Virus record (IMG/VR): IMGVR_UViG_3300029305_001452
Coordinates: 64,001 to 128,000 of that record
Source of the DNA: a virus
Taxonomy: Duplodnaviria > Caudoviricetes
Length of the DNA stretch: 64,000 bases
Direction: 5' to 3' (one strand)
The notes under the pieces are model-generated. The model ran no database searches. It was not told the DNA's origin and saw nothing but the letters and a program-made list of their open reading frames with translations. Made by a program: the position numbers and the translations under genes. Below are positions 36,005-45,623 of this stretch, in pieces (the stretch's first letter is position 1; each line of letters opens with the position of its first letter).

Positions 36005-37128
36005 TGTACAAGATTGAATTGAGAGATTTCGTTTTATCTCATGATAATTGGGAAGAATTACTTACAACCGAACCTTATTATCTAAAGATTTCTCGTGATC
36101 GTGGATATATTATGTTTAAGTATAACCAGTTGTTTTCTGATTTTAACATTCCTCTAGTACGTGAGGCACGTGGTATTATTTTTAGAGAACATGACTGGAA
36201 GTGTGTTTGTGATCCGTTTCGAAAATTCGGCAATTGGGGAGAGTCATATTGCCCAGAAATTAACTGGGAAACTGCATCTGTTCAGCAAAAAGTTGATGGA
36301 TCTCTTATTAAATTTTGGTGTGATGATGGCTGGCATATTTCTACCAATGGATCTATTGATGCGTTTAAGGCAGAACTGAATAATGTAAAATATCAAAATT
36401 TTGGACAGCTTGTAATTGATGCAATCCGCAGAGTATTTCCAAATTATCACGATTTCTTTAATATGCTTAATCCTTACTGTACTTATATGTTTGAACTTGT
36501 ATCTCCATATAATAGAGTGGTTATTCCTTATGAGAGAGCAAAGTTGTATTTTCTAGGTGTAAGAAATCTTGATACTGGAGTAGAATACATGCCAGAGGAA
36601 TACGAAATTTCTCAATATTTTCAAATCCCTAAGCGTTATGCGTTATCTACTCTAGAAGATGTACAAAAAGCAGCAAACGCACTCCCGTGGGATCAAGAAG
36701 GATATGTTGTATGCGATTCTAATTTTAATCGAGTTAAGATTAAAAGTCCTGCTTATGTAAATGCTCATTATGTTAGAAACAATAATATTATTACTGTAGA
36801 ACGACTTGTGCAAATCGTACTTAGTGGGGAGAAAAAAGAATTTTTAATCTATGCTTCAGAGTACACTAATGAATTACTAGACATAGAAAGTGCTATGCGT
36901 AAGATTGCTAGTAATTCCGTTGAACAAATGAAAATTCTATTTGGGGCATCATATGAATTTGCAAATCGTAAAGAATATGCTGATGTAATAGCTAAGTATC
37001 CAACGTATATGAAAGAGTTTCTTTTTAATTGTTTTGACGATAGAATTTTTTGGGACTATGCAAGAAGTTGGAACATAGATAGATGGGTTAAAGCAATTAA
37101 TGAATTTAAGGCTGGTGATAATAAATGA
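36004..37128 (+). CDS. RNA ligase (T4 Rnl1-like)
   Basis: EARGIIF, KFGN, KVDGSL, FELVS, EGYVV, RVKIKS. Confidence 0.85.
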   Translation: MYKIELRDFVLSHDNWEELLTTEPYYLKISRDRGYIMFKYNQLFSDFNIPLVREARGIIFREHDWKCVCDPFRKFGNWGESYCPEINWETASVQQKVDGSLIKFWCDDGWHISTNGSIDAFKAELNNVKYQNFGQLVIDAIRRVFPNYHDFFNMLNPYCTYMFELVSPYNRVVIPYERAKLYFLGVRNLDTGVEYMPEEYEISQYFQIPKRYALSTLEDVQKAANALPWDQEGYVVCDSNFNRVKIKSPAYVNAHYVRNNNIITVERLVQIVLSGEKKEFLIYASEYTNELLDIESAMRKIASNSVEQMKILFGASYEFANRKEYADVIAKYPTYMKEFLFNCFDDRIFWDYARSWNIDRWVKAINEFKAGDNK

Positions 37129-37934
37129 ACTTTCATTCAGATGAATGGATTATGGATCGTGTTAGAGAGCATTATAATGAAGCTCTTGAGCACTTCCCGG
37201 AAGATAGAATTGTAGGTATTTTTTACCAGGGGTCTGGCAACTACGGCCTAGACTACGAAGGTTCTGACGTAGATACTAAGCTAATTGTTACACCTACATT
37301 TAAAGATATTGCAATGAACCATAAAGCTGTAAGCACAACTCATATCAGAGAGAATGAGGAACATATCGATTTTAAGGATATTAGACTTTATATCCAGACA
37401 TTCAGAAAGCAGAACTTGAATTTCTTGGAAATTCTTTTTACTAAATATGCAATCATCAATTCTATGTATAAAGCTGAATGGGATAGGCTAGTGGAAGCTC
37501 GTGAAGCAATTGCACATTACTCTCCTGTACAAGCCATTAAGTCTATGAAGGGTATTGCTATGGAAAAGTACCATGCAATGGAACATCATTACCCCGCACG
37601 AATGGCATGGATTGAAAAGTTTTCTTACGACCCTAAACAACTGCATCATCTGATACGAGTGCGAGAGTATATTGAAAGATATATTGACGGAGAATCTTAT
37701 GAAGATTGCTTAATTTCTACACAGCCAGGATATCTTCAGAGAGTAAAGGTTGGTTTTCACAATTTAGACGATGCTCGTATTATTGCTAATAATTCTATTG
37801 AGCGTATTAATAGTATGTGCAACGAATATTTGGAAACTTGTTCTAAAGAAGTTGATAAAGATGTTGATGCTCTACTGGACGATGTACAGTACAACATTAT
37901 GAAAATTGCTATTCAGAAAGAGATTGGTGATTAA
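37125..37934 (+). CDS. Pol-beta family nucleotidyltransferase (RNA-repair associated)
   Basis: GSGNYGLDYEGSDVD motif. Confidence 0.75.
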   Translation: MNFHSDEWIMDRVREHYNEALEHFPEDRIVGIFYQGSGNYGLDYEGSDVDTKLIVTPTFKDIAMNHKAVSTTHIRENEEHIDFKDIRLYIQTFRKQNLNFLEILFTKYAIINSMYKAEWDRLVEAREAIAHYSPVQAIKSMKGIAMEKYHAMEHHYPARMAWIEKFSYDPKQLHHLIRVREYIERYIDGESYEDCLISTQPGYLQRVKVGFHNLDDARIIANNSIERINSMCNEYLETCSKEVDKDVDALLDDVQYNIMKIAIQKEIGD

Positions 37935-38819
37935 ATGTTCGGATACAGACCTAGTTTAATTTTATTAGTTGGCATTCCTGGTAGTGGAAAGACAACCTAT
38001 GCAGAAAAATACCTTGAAGTATGTAGTAATACAATTCATTTATCTTCAGATAAGATTCGTGCAGAGCTTTGGGGAAGTGAGGCAACTCAGGGTGACAACA
38101 ACGAAGTTTTCTCTTTGATGCAGTCTAGGGCTATTGAAGCACTAAATAACGGACTGAGTGTCTTGTATGACGCTACTAATATCACTCGTAAGGATAGATC
38201 TTACATTATTGCACTTTGTCCTAAGTTTGTTAAGATTGAATGTCATATTATATGGGCTCCAATTGAAACATGTATTGAGAGAGATGCCGCAAGAAAGCGC
38301 ACTGTTGGTAAGGAAGTTATTGATAGGATGCTAAAGAGATTTCAAGCACCTTATTATGATGAAGGTATTCACGAGATTAAGATAATTTGGAACACACCAG
38401 ATGATTTTAATCAACAGACATATGTAAACAATCTTATTAATACTTCTGATATTCCACACGACAACCCTCATCATACTCTAAATATTAAAGAACATTGCAA
38501 TGAAGCATACAATTATGCCGTTAATAATCATTTTCCGTCTTATCTACTTATGGCAGCAAAATATCACGACATTGGCAAGTCGTATGTGAAAGCATTTGTT
38601 GATAGTAAAGGAAATCCGTCAGAACATGCACACTATTATCAACACCAGTGTATTTCTGCATATATGTATTACGGAATTGATAAACATAACTTTTTTATTG
38701 CTTGGTTAATTTCCACACACATGGAACATTTTTTTAACAGCAAGTATTATAACAAGCTCCCTACATATTTAAAGAAACAAATTGATTTGCTTCACGAAGC
38801 AGATTTGAATGCACATTAA
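37935..38819 (+). CDS. polynucleotide kinase fused to an HD domain
   Basis: GIPGSGKTT, DATN, C-terminal H..HDIGK..HM..D. Confidence 0.8.
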   Translation: MFGYRPSLILLVGIPGSGKTTYAEKYLEVCSNTIHLSSDKIRAELWGSEATQGDNNEVFSLMQSRAIEALNNGLSVLYDATNITRKDRSYIIALCPKFVKIECHIIWAPIETCIERDAARKRTVGKEVIDRMLKRFQAPYYDEGIHEIKIIWNTPDDFNQQTYVNNLINTSDIPHDNPHHTLNIKEHCNEAYNYAVNNHFPSYLLMAAKYHDIGKSYVKAFVDSKGNPSEHAHYYQHQCISAYMYYGIDKHNFFIAWLISTHMEHFFNSKYYNKLPTYLKKQIDLLHEADLNAH

Positions 38820-38830
38820 GGAGAATAAAT

Positions 38831-39655
38831 ATGAGTAATAATAAAGATTCACTAGGCGACCGTATGAAGCAGTACGAATATGTCACTAGAAACTATCTAA
38901 CTAGAAAGCTTCCGGTGATTGTGCGTTTAGACGGAAAGGCCTTTCATAGTTTCACAAGAGGTTTAAAGAAACCCTTCGATGAAATCTTCGTCAAGTCTAT
39001 GCAAGACACTATGAAGTACCTCTGTGAGAACATACAAGGCTGTGTACTAGGATATACTCAGTCGGATGAGATTACACTAGTACTAATCGATTATCAGAGC
39101 AGAGAGGCTTCTGCTTGGTTTGACAACAATATTCAGAAGATGGTAAGTGTGTCTGCGAGCATGGCAACACTAACATTTAATAAAGCGTTTAAAACAAATT
39201 CCGAAGCAACTTTGCGTCGTATTAATGGTGTTTTTACTTGTACCGATGAAGAATTTAAGTATGCAAATACACTTGAGAAATGTCTATCAAAAGGCGCAAT
39301 GTTTGATTCTCGTGTCTTTACTGTCCCTAAAGAAGAAGTTATCAATACAATCATTTGGCGTCAGCAAGATGCAACTCGCAACTCAATCCAGTCAGTTGGA
39401 CAAGCTAACTTCTCTCATAATCAGTTACACGGCAAGAATTGCAGTAATATCCAGGATATGCTAATGCTTGAGAAGAATATTAACTGGAATGATTATCCTA
39501 CACATCTAAAGCGTGGTAGCTGCTGCATTAAGAAGCCTTTCGTTATAAACGAAGGAACAGAACAAGAAGCAACTCGCAACAAGTGGGTGATTGATACCGA
39601 GATTCCTATTTTTACTCAAGATAAGGATTATGTAAATAAATTAATTTTTATTTAA
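38831..39655 (+). CDS. tRNA(His) guanylyltransferase Thg1-like 3'-5' polymerase
   Basis: RLDGKAFH, TQSDEI, FDSR, WRQQDATRN. Confidence 0.9.
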   Translation: MSNNKDSLGDRMKQYEYVTRNYLTRKLPVIVRLDGKAFHSFTRGLKKPFDEIFVKSMQDTMKYLCENIQGCVLGYTQSDEITLVLIDYQSREASAWFDNNIQKMVSVSASMATLTFNKAFKTNSEATLRRINGVFTCTDEEFKYANTLEKCLSKGAMFDSRVFTVPKEEVINTIIWRQQDATRNSIQSVGQANFSHNQLHGKNCSNIQDMLMLEKNINWNDYPTHLKRGSCCIKKPFVINEGTEQEATRNKWVIDTEIPIFTQDKDYVNKLIFI

Positions 39656-39662
39656 AACCCCC

Positions 39663-39690
39663 TTGACAAATTAAAAATTTATGATATAAT
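39663..39690 (+). promoter_or_regulatory. sigmaA promoter of the NAD operon
   Basis: TTGACA-16-TGaTATAAT; motif at 39705. Confidence 0.75.
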
Positions 39691-39730
39691 ACAGACACAA
39701 CAAAACAAAATTAATGGAGGCGCGAAAAAA

Positions 39731-40243
39731 ATGAAGACGCTAATTGTAATTGACATGCAGAATGATTTTATCGATGGTGCGCTTGGTACACCTGAGGCAC
39801 AGGAAATTGTTACTAATGTAAAGAAGAAGATTGAGGAATATGATGCTCGTGAAGATGCGATTGTGTTTACACGAGATACCCACTTTGAAAATTATCTTGA
39901 AACAAACGAGGGAAAGAATCTTCCCGTTAAGCACTGCATTATGGGTACACATGGCTGGCAGATTGCAGATGGTCTAGAGGTGCCTTGTGGTAGATATATT
40001 AATAAGCCTACTTTTGGATGGGTTGGTTGGAATACATTTGGATTTGAAGATGAAGATGAAATTGAAATTGTTGGTCTATGTACTGACATTTGTGTGGTTT
40101 CTAACGCTCTTATTCTAAAGGCAAGGTTCCCTGAAATTAAGATTACCGTAGACGCATCTTGCTGTGCTGGTGTTACTCCTGAAAGTCACAAGGCTGCACT
40201 ACAGACTATGAAAATGTGCCAAATTAATGTAATTGGAGAATAA
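39731..40243 (+). CDS. pncA: nicotinamidase (isochorismatase family)
   Basis: IDMQNDF, DTH, HC, GLCTDICV. Confidence 0.85.
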   Translation: MKTLIVIDMQNDFIDGALGTPEAQEIVTNVKKKIEEYDAREDAIVFTRDTHFENYLETNEGKNLPVKHCIMGTHGWQIADGLEVPCGRYINKPTFGWVGWNTFGFEDEDEIEIVGLCTDICVVSNALILKARFPEIKITVDASCCAGVTPESHKAALQTMKMCQINVIGE

Positions 40244-40246
40244 ATT

Positions 40247-41038
40247 ATGATTAAACTAAATGGTAAAATCATTGAACAAAATAATTTTCCAGATGGAACA
40301 TTACTAATGAAGTGCAATCCTAACAAATATGCAGTAAGCACAATTACATGGCAGTATGAATCTGACGCAGAATTGTTTGCACTTTATAGTTTAAAGAGAC
40401 ATCTCAATTGTACTGTGCCTGGACGGAATAGTTATTTGTATATGCCGTATATTCCAAATGCAAGACAGGACAGGGTAAAAACGAATGAAGATATTTTCAC
40501 TCTAAAATATTTTGCAGAGATTATTAATTCGTTGAATTTTCAAAAAATCTATGTTATTGATCCCCATTCTTCTGTAAGTGAAGCATTAATTAATAACATT
40601 GAAGTAGTGTCTCCAAAGGATTTTATTGAACAGACTTTAAATAATATCAACGTAGATGATATTTTGATGTTCTATCCGGATGAGGGCGCAATGAAACGTT
40701 ATTCTGGGTTAGTGTCTAAGCCTTATGCGTTTGGTATTAAAAAGCGCAACTGGGAGACAGGCAAAATTGAGGGTCTGGATGTTACAGGTTCTGTAGATAA
40801 AATTGTTGGTAAGGATATTTTAATCGTTGACGACATCTGCAGTAGAGGTGGAACATTCTATCATAGCGCAAAGAAGCTAAAGGAACTTGGCGCTAATAAA
40901 ATCTATCTATATGTTACACATTGTGAGAATACAATCCTTGAAGGCGAACTACTTACAAGCGGATTAATTGAAAAGGTATACACAACAAATAGTATTTTTA
41001 CTAAAGAACATGAAAAAATTGAGGTGTTCGAACTATGA
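40247..41038 (+). CDS. prs: ribose-phosphate pyrophosphokinase-like protein (Prs/Adps)
   Basis: FPDG, PYIPNARQDR, DPHS, PDEGA, VDDICSRGGT. Confidence 0.85.
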   Translation: MIKLNGKIIEQNNFPDGTLLMKCNPNKYAVSTITWQYESDAELFALYSLKRHLNCTVPGRNSYLYMPYIPNARQDRVKTNEDIFTLKYFAEIINSLNFQKIYVIDPHSSVSEALINNIEVVSPKDFIEQTLNNINVDDILMFYPDEGAMKRYSGLVSKPYAFGIKKRNWETGKIEGLDVTGSVDKIVGKDILIVDDICSRGGTFYHSAKKLKELGANKIYLYVTHCENTILEGELLTSGLIEKVYTTNSIFTKEHEKIEVFEL

Positions 41039-41613
41039 AACCTTATGATGTAGGGTTGATTTGTGGAAGATTTCAAACATTCCATAAGGGTCACGAAAAG
41101 TTAATTGAAACTGGTTTAATGTTGTGCGACAGACTTTTAATTTTAATTGGAAGCGCACAAGAATGTGGGACTGAGCGTAATCCATTAAACATTAACACCA
41201 GAACAAAAATGCTTAGGATGATTTATGGTGACAATCCAAACATTATGATTTATGGTTTACCTGATTTATCAAACGAAAATGATATTCGTCCAGAATGGGG
41301 TAGATATTTACTTGATAATGCAGACCGATATATTTTCAAAAATCCAGATGTAATGATTTATGGAAATGATGAAAGTAGAAGCGCTTGGTTTGATAAAAAA
41401 GATTTGAAATACACAACAGAACTGATTGTTAATAGGAGCGAACTTCCTATTTCTGCTACTATGGTGCGTCAATATATGGTTGAAGATAATCGTAAAGCTT
41501 GGATGGAATGTGTTAATCCTAAGTTACATAAAATGTATGATGAAATCCGTCGTGAATTAATGACGGTAGATTATTATCAAAAACACTTTTTAAACAATAA
41601 AAATAATGATTGA
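41035..41613 (+). CDS. NMN/NaMN adenylyltransferase (NadM-like)
   Basis: GRFQTFHKGH, GSAQ..RNPL, ISATMVR. Confidence 0.85.
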   Translation: MKPYDVGLICGRFQTFHKGHEKLIETGLMLCDRLLILIGSAQECGTERNPLNINTRTKMLRMIYGDNPNIMIYGLPDLSNENDIRPEWGRYLLDNADRYIFKNPDVMIYGNDESRSAWFDKKDLKYTTELIVNRSELPISATMVRQYMVEDNRKAWMECVNPKLHKMYDEIRRELMTVDYYQKHFLNNKNND

Positions 41614-41625
41614 GGTATTTGAACT

Positions 41626-43095
41626 ATGACAACTGATATTATGATGATGCTTATGTCTGATACATATAAGCATACTCATCCTCGTATGTATCCTCAGAAC
41701 TTAACAAAGTTGGTCTCTTATCTAACTCCTCGTAAGAACATGTCTAAAGCATTTCCTAATATGGTATTCTTTGGCCTGCAAGCTTTTATCCTCGACTACC
41801 TTATGGATGGTTTCGATGAACAATTTTTTGATAAGCCACTACACGTAGTAGAAGATAAGTATAAACATTACATGGGCATTCAAATTGGTGTAGAAAATAC
41901 TGAGTGGCCTAAGATTAAGGCTCTACATGAACTTGGTTATTTGCCCCTAGAAATTCGTGCTCTGCCTGAGGGTACTGTAGTTAACATGGGGATTCCTGTA
42001 GTTGAGATGACTAACACTCATCCAGACTTTGCGTGGGTTGTGCAGTGGGTAGAGTGTATTCTGCAGGCTGAACTGTGGGCTCCTTGTGCTTATGCAACTA
42101 TTGGTAAAGCTTATCATGATCTTGCAGAGAAGTACTACAGTGAGACTACGGATGGTGCCGATCCTTTTATGGCAATGGCCGACTTCGGTATGCGTGGTAT
42201 GTCTTGTATGGAAGATTCTATTAGAGCGTCTGCTTCTTGGCTTCTAAGTTTCGATAAGACAAGCACCATTCCAGCACTACCATATATTGATGATTATTAT
42301 AATGCCAATTGTTCTGTAAATAGTATTGGTCGTGGTGCAGTATCCACAGAGCATTCCGTTATGGGTGCCAACTTCGCTATTGACGGTGATGAAATTACAT
42401 TTGTTAAGCGTTTGCTTACTGAATTGTATCCAAATACATCTTTCTCTATGGTGTCTGATACATACGACTATTGGAATATGGTTAATAACATCATTCCTGC
42501 TTGTAAGGATGAAATTATGGCTCATAATGGCAAGTTGCTAATTAGACCAGATTCCGGCGATATGGTTGATATTTCTATTCGTACTATTGATAAGTTGTGG
42601 GAAGTATTTGGTGGCACCGTTAATGCTAGGGGCTATAAGGAACTCGACCCTCACATCGGTCTAATCTATGGTGATGGCTGCACATTAAATCGTGTACATG
42701 AGATTTATGAAATTCTGAAGCAGCGTGGCTTTGCTGCTAATAATGTAGTGTTTGGTGTTGGTGCTTTCTGTTTCCACGCTCTGTTTGACGACGATAATAA
42801 TATGACCGTTATTACTAGAGATACTTTTGGTATGGCCATGAAGGCTACTTTTGGTGAATTTGGCGACAAGAAGCTATTTATTTACAAAGATCCCAAAACT
42901 GACGATGGCAATCTAAAGAAGAGTCATAAGGGATGTTGTATGGTATCTCAGAAAGATGATGGAAGTTTCGTATGCGTTGATGAATTCGACCACTGGATTG
43001 AAGATGGGTTTACTGAACTGGAAACAGTATTTAAGGACGGCGCAATCACTAAATTCTACAACTTTACGGACATTCGGGAGAGATTGTATGGTTAA
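41626..43095 (+). CDS. NAMPT/NadV-fold phosphoribosyltransferase
   Basis: DTYKHTH, DFGMRG, STEHS, VSDTYD, IRPDSG, IYGDG, KDPKTD. Confidence 0.9.
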   Translation: MTTDIMMMLMSDTYKHTHPRMYPQNLTKLVSYLTPRKNMSKAFPNMVFFGLQAFILDYLMDGFDEQFFDKPLHVVEDKYKHYMGIQIGVENTEWPKIKALHELGYLPLEIRALPEGTVVNMGIPVVEMTNTHPDFAWVVQWVECILQAELWAPCAYATIGKAYHDLAEKYYSETTDGADPFMAMADFGMRGMSCMEDSIRASASWLLSFDKTSTIPALPYIDDYYNANCSVNSIGRGAVSTEHSVMGANFAIDGDEITFVKRLLTELYPNTSFSMVSDTYDYWNMVNNIIPACKDEIMAHNGKLLIRPDSGDMVDISIRTIDKLWEVFGGTVNARGYKELDPHIGLIYGDGCTLNRVHEIYEILKQRGFAANNVVFGVGAFCFHALFDDDNNMTVITRDTFGMAMKATFGEFGDKKLFIYKDPKTDDGNLKKSHKGCCMVSQKDDGSFVCVDEFDHWIEDGFTELETVFKDGAITKFYNFTDIRERLYG

Positions 43096-43549
43096 AATTA
43101 TTGACGGTAATTTATTTGACTCTAAAGCAAATATCATCTGCCATCAATGCAATTGCCAAGGTGTTATGGGTTCTGGAGTCGCAGCAGAGGTTAAAAGAAG
43201 ATATCCTTATGTATTCCACAGATATAGAAAAGATTATCTTGATGGTAAACTAAAGCTAGGATATGTTTGTTTTGCATCTGCAAATGTAGACCAGGTAATT
43301 GCAAATATGTGTGGTCAAAATAACTTTGGTTACGATGGCTCTGTTTATACAAACTATGACAAGTTACAAGAATGTCTTAATAATGTTAAAGACTATGCTA
43401 TGTTTTCATATGATGTAAAACCAACCATTGCATTTCCTTGGCTAATGTCATGTTGTCGTGGTGGCGGAGATTGGAATATAGTTTATAAGATGATCGAAGA
43501 TACATTTGAAGATTTTGATGTAGAAATTTGGAGGTTGCAAAATGACTAA
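43088..43549 (+). CDS. macro domain ADP-ribose glycohydrolase
   Basis: MVKIIDGNLF, HQCNCQGVMGSGVA, GGGDW; ATG 43088 overlaps the upstream stop. Confidence 0.8.
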   Translation: MVKIIDGNLFDSKANIICHQCNCQGVMGSGVAAEVKRRYPYVFHRYRKDYLDGKLKLGYVCFASANVDQVIANMCGQNNFGYDGSVYTNYDKLQECLNNVKDYAMFSYDVKPTIAFPWLMSCCRGGGDWNIVYKMIEDTFEDFDVEIWRLQND

Positions 43550-44279
43550 CTTTAATGCGGTACAAGTTAAAAATGATTGTGTGGCATGGATTAGAGATTG
43601 GTTTGAATATAATGGTCCAGATTGCAATGCCGTAATTGGAATTTCCGGCGGCAAAGATTCTTCTATCGTGGCAGCACTTTGTGTTGAAGCACTTGGCAAG
43701 GATAGAGTGACTGGTGTTCTTATGCCTCAAGGCGTACAGTCTGACATTAAGGCAAGTTATGATCTTGTAAAACATCTTGAAATTAAATACATGGAAATCA
43801 ACATTAGTGAATCAGTGCAGGCAGTGCTTAAAGGTGTAAGGAACCATGTAATCACATCTAGTCAGACAAGAATTAATCTTCCTCCGAGAATTCGTATGGC
43901 AACACTTTATGCGGTTTCTCAGAGCGTAAACGGTAGAGTTGCAAATACTTGTAATTGGTCTGAAGACTACATTGGTTATAGCACTCGTTGGGGGGATTCC
44001 GTTGGAGACTTTGCACCTTTGGCAAATCTAACAAGTGATGAAGTTATTGCTATTGGTGAAGTATGTAATCTACCTGATGAACTGACACATAAGACACCGG
44101 CAGATGGTCTTTGTGGTAAAACTGACGAGGATAACTTTGGGTTCACTTATGAAGTTCTAAATAAATATATTAGAACTGGGGTTTGTGAAGATGAAGAAGT
44201 AAAGGCAAAGATTGATCAAATGCATGAAAAGAACCTTTTTAAGCTTATGCCAATTCCTACTTTTAAATACGAGGTATAA
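43542..44279 (+). CDS. nadE: NH3-dependent NAD+ synthetase
   Basis: GISGGKDSS, NLPPRIRM, GYSTRWGD, KTPADGL. Confidence 0.92.
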   Translation: MTNFNAVQVKNDCVAWIRDWFEYNGPDCNAVIGISGGKDSSIVAALCVEALGKDRVTGVLMPQGVQSDIKASYDLVKHLEIKYMEINISESVQAVLKGVRNHVITSSQTRINLPPRIRMATLYAVSQSVNGRVANTCNWSEDYIGYSTRWGDSVGDFAPLANLTSDEVIAIGEVCNLPDELTHKTPADGLCGKTDEDNFGFTYEVLNKYIRTGVCEDEEVKAKIDQMHEKNLFKLMPIPTFKYEV

Positions 44280-44282
44280 CAA

Positions 44283-44573
44283 ATGACAACCAAAAAGTTT
44301 ATTACTAAAACAACAATTAAAATTATTATTTACGCAATCTTATCAACAATTGCACTAAGTTTACTAAACAGTCCTATTATCACGAATGAAATCGCCCTTA
44401 CTCAAATGGAGAATAATAATGAACTGTATATGTTGATGGATACTTATAATAAGGTCAGACCTTTTATTTCAATCATTTATGGTTTTATTACTGTATTATT
44501 TGCAGGAACTACCATTCGTGATACATATAATTTTATTAAAACAAAAACAAACAAAGGAGAAAATGAATTATGA
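44283..44573 (+). CDS. membrane protein
   Basis: two TM segments, coupled to the SPFH gene. Confidence 0.6.
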   Translation: MTTKKFITKTTIKIIIYAILSTIALSLLNSPIITNEIALTQMENNNELYMLMDTYNKVRPFISIIYGFITVLFAGTTIRDTYNFIKTKTNKGENEL

Positions 44574-45505
44574 AGAAGATTATTGCACTTGTACTAACCC
44601 TAGTAATGGTTTGTTGCATGTTTACTGGCTGTCGTAAACCTTATGACAAGCCTGAGTTTGTAACCATCGAGGCATCTCAGACCGCATTCCTAATTCCTCT
44701 GGTTGGCGACACTACAAACCAAGCAAGCTTTGAATCCGAGGAACTTCTACTGCAAGCTAAGGTAGCAACTAAGGAAATTCAGATTCCTCATCGTTGGGTA
44801 CAGACTGGTCGTAGAAATTGGATGGGTGAATATCGTGCCACTGCAACTCTAATCGTTGTTGAGCGTAAGCCTGTTTCTCGTTCTTGGGAGTCCGGTGATT
44901 CTGCGGCAACTAGCAGCAACAAGGCTATTTTCGGTGAAACTTCTGATGGTATTGGTATTTATGTTGGTATGAACTGTTCTGCGCAGATTGAAGAAGTTGA
45001 TGCAGCAAAGTTCCTATATCGTTACAACAATACTCCTCTGTCAACCATTATTGACACTGATATTAAGAAGATGGTTGAAGACGAGTTTAATATGCATACA
45101 TCTAAGTATACCAGTACCGATCTTCTAAATCACAAGGCTGAAATTATGGACGCTGTTAAGAATAATGTTACTAATTATTTTAAGGAATACGGCATCACTA
45201 TTACAGTTCTTGGTCTAAAGGAGGGTATTTCTTATGAGAATCCTGCAATTCAGACTGCGATTGATAAGAAGTTTGAGTCAGAGCAGAAGCTAGTAATTCA
45301 GCAGAACGAAAATGAAGCAAATATTGCTAAGGCTGAAGCTGAAGCACAGGCTATTATTTTGAAGGCAGAGGCTGAGGCGGAGGCTAATGCAAAGTTGGCA
45401 AGCTCTCTGACTGGTACTATTCTAGAGAAGATGTACTATGATAAGTGGAATGGCGTATTACCCGAAGTTTACGGAGCAGACAATGCGATTGTAAATATTC
45501 CTTAA
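44570..45505 (+). CDS. SPFH/band-7 family lipoprotein
   Basis: lipobox FTGC, YGITI, AEAEA coiled coil, KWNGVLP. Confidence 0.75.
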   Translation: MKKIIALVLTLVMVCCMFTGCRKPYDKPEFVTIEASQTAFLIPLVGDTTNQASFESEELLLQAKVATKEIQIPHRWVQTGRRNWMGEYRATATLIVVERKPVSRSWESGDSAATSSNKAIFGETSDGIGIYVGMNCSAQIEEVDAAKFLYRYNNTPLSTIIDTDIKKMVEDEFNMHTSKYTSTDLLNHKAEIMDAVKNNVTNYFKEYGITITVLGLKEGISYENPAIQTAIDKKFESEQKLVIQQNENEANIAKAEAEAQAIILKAEAEAEANAKLASSLTGTILEKMYYDKWNGVLPEVYGADNAIVNIP

Positions 45506-45518
45506 TTAAAAAAATATA

Positions 45519-45593
45519 CGGGCCATGGCAAAAACCGTGGCCCATTTTTGTATATATTGCACCATTGACAATGTTAATTTAATATGCTATATT
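45519..45593 (+). promoter_or_regulatory. terminator, then sigmaA promoter of ligA
   Basis: GGGCCATGG/CCGTGGCCC plus TTTTT; TTGACA (45565)-17-TATATT. Confidence 0.65.
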
Positions 45594-45623
45594 AACAATA
45601 CAAAATTAATAGGAGGTGTTGTA

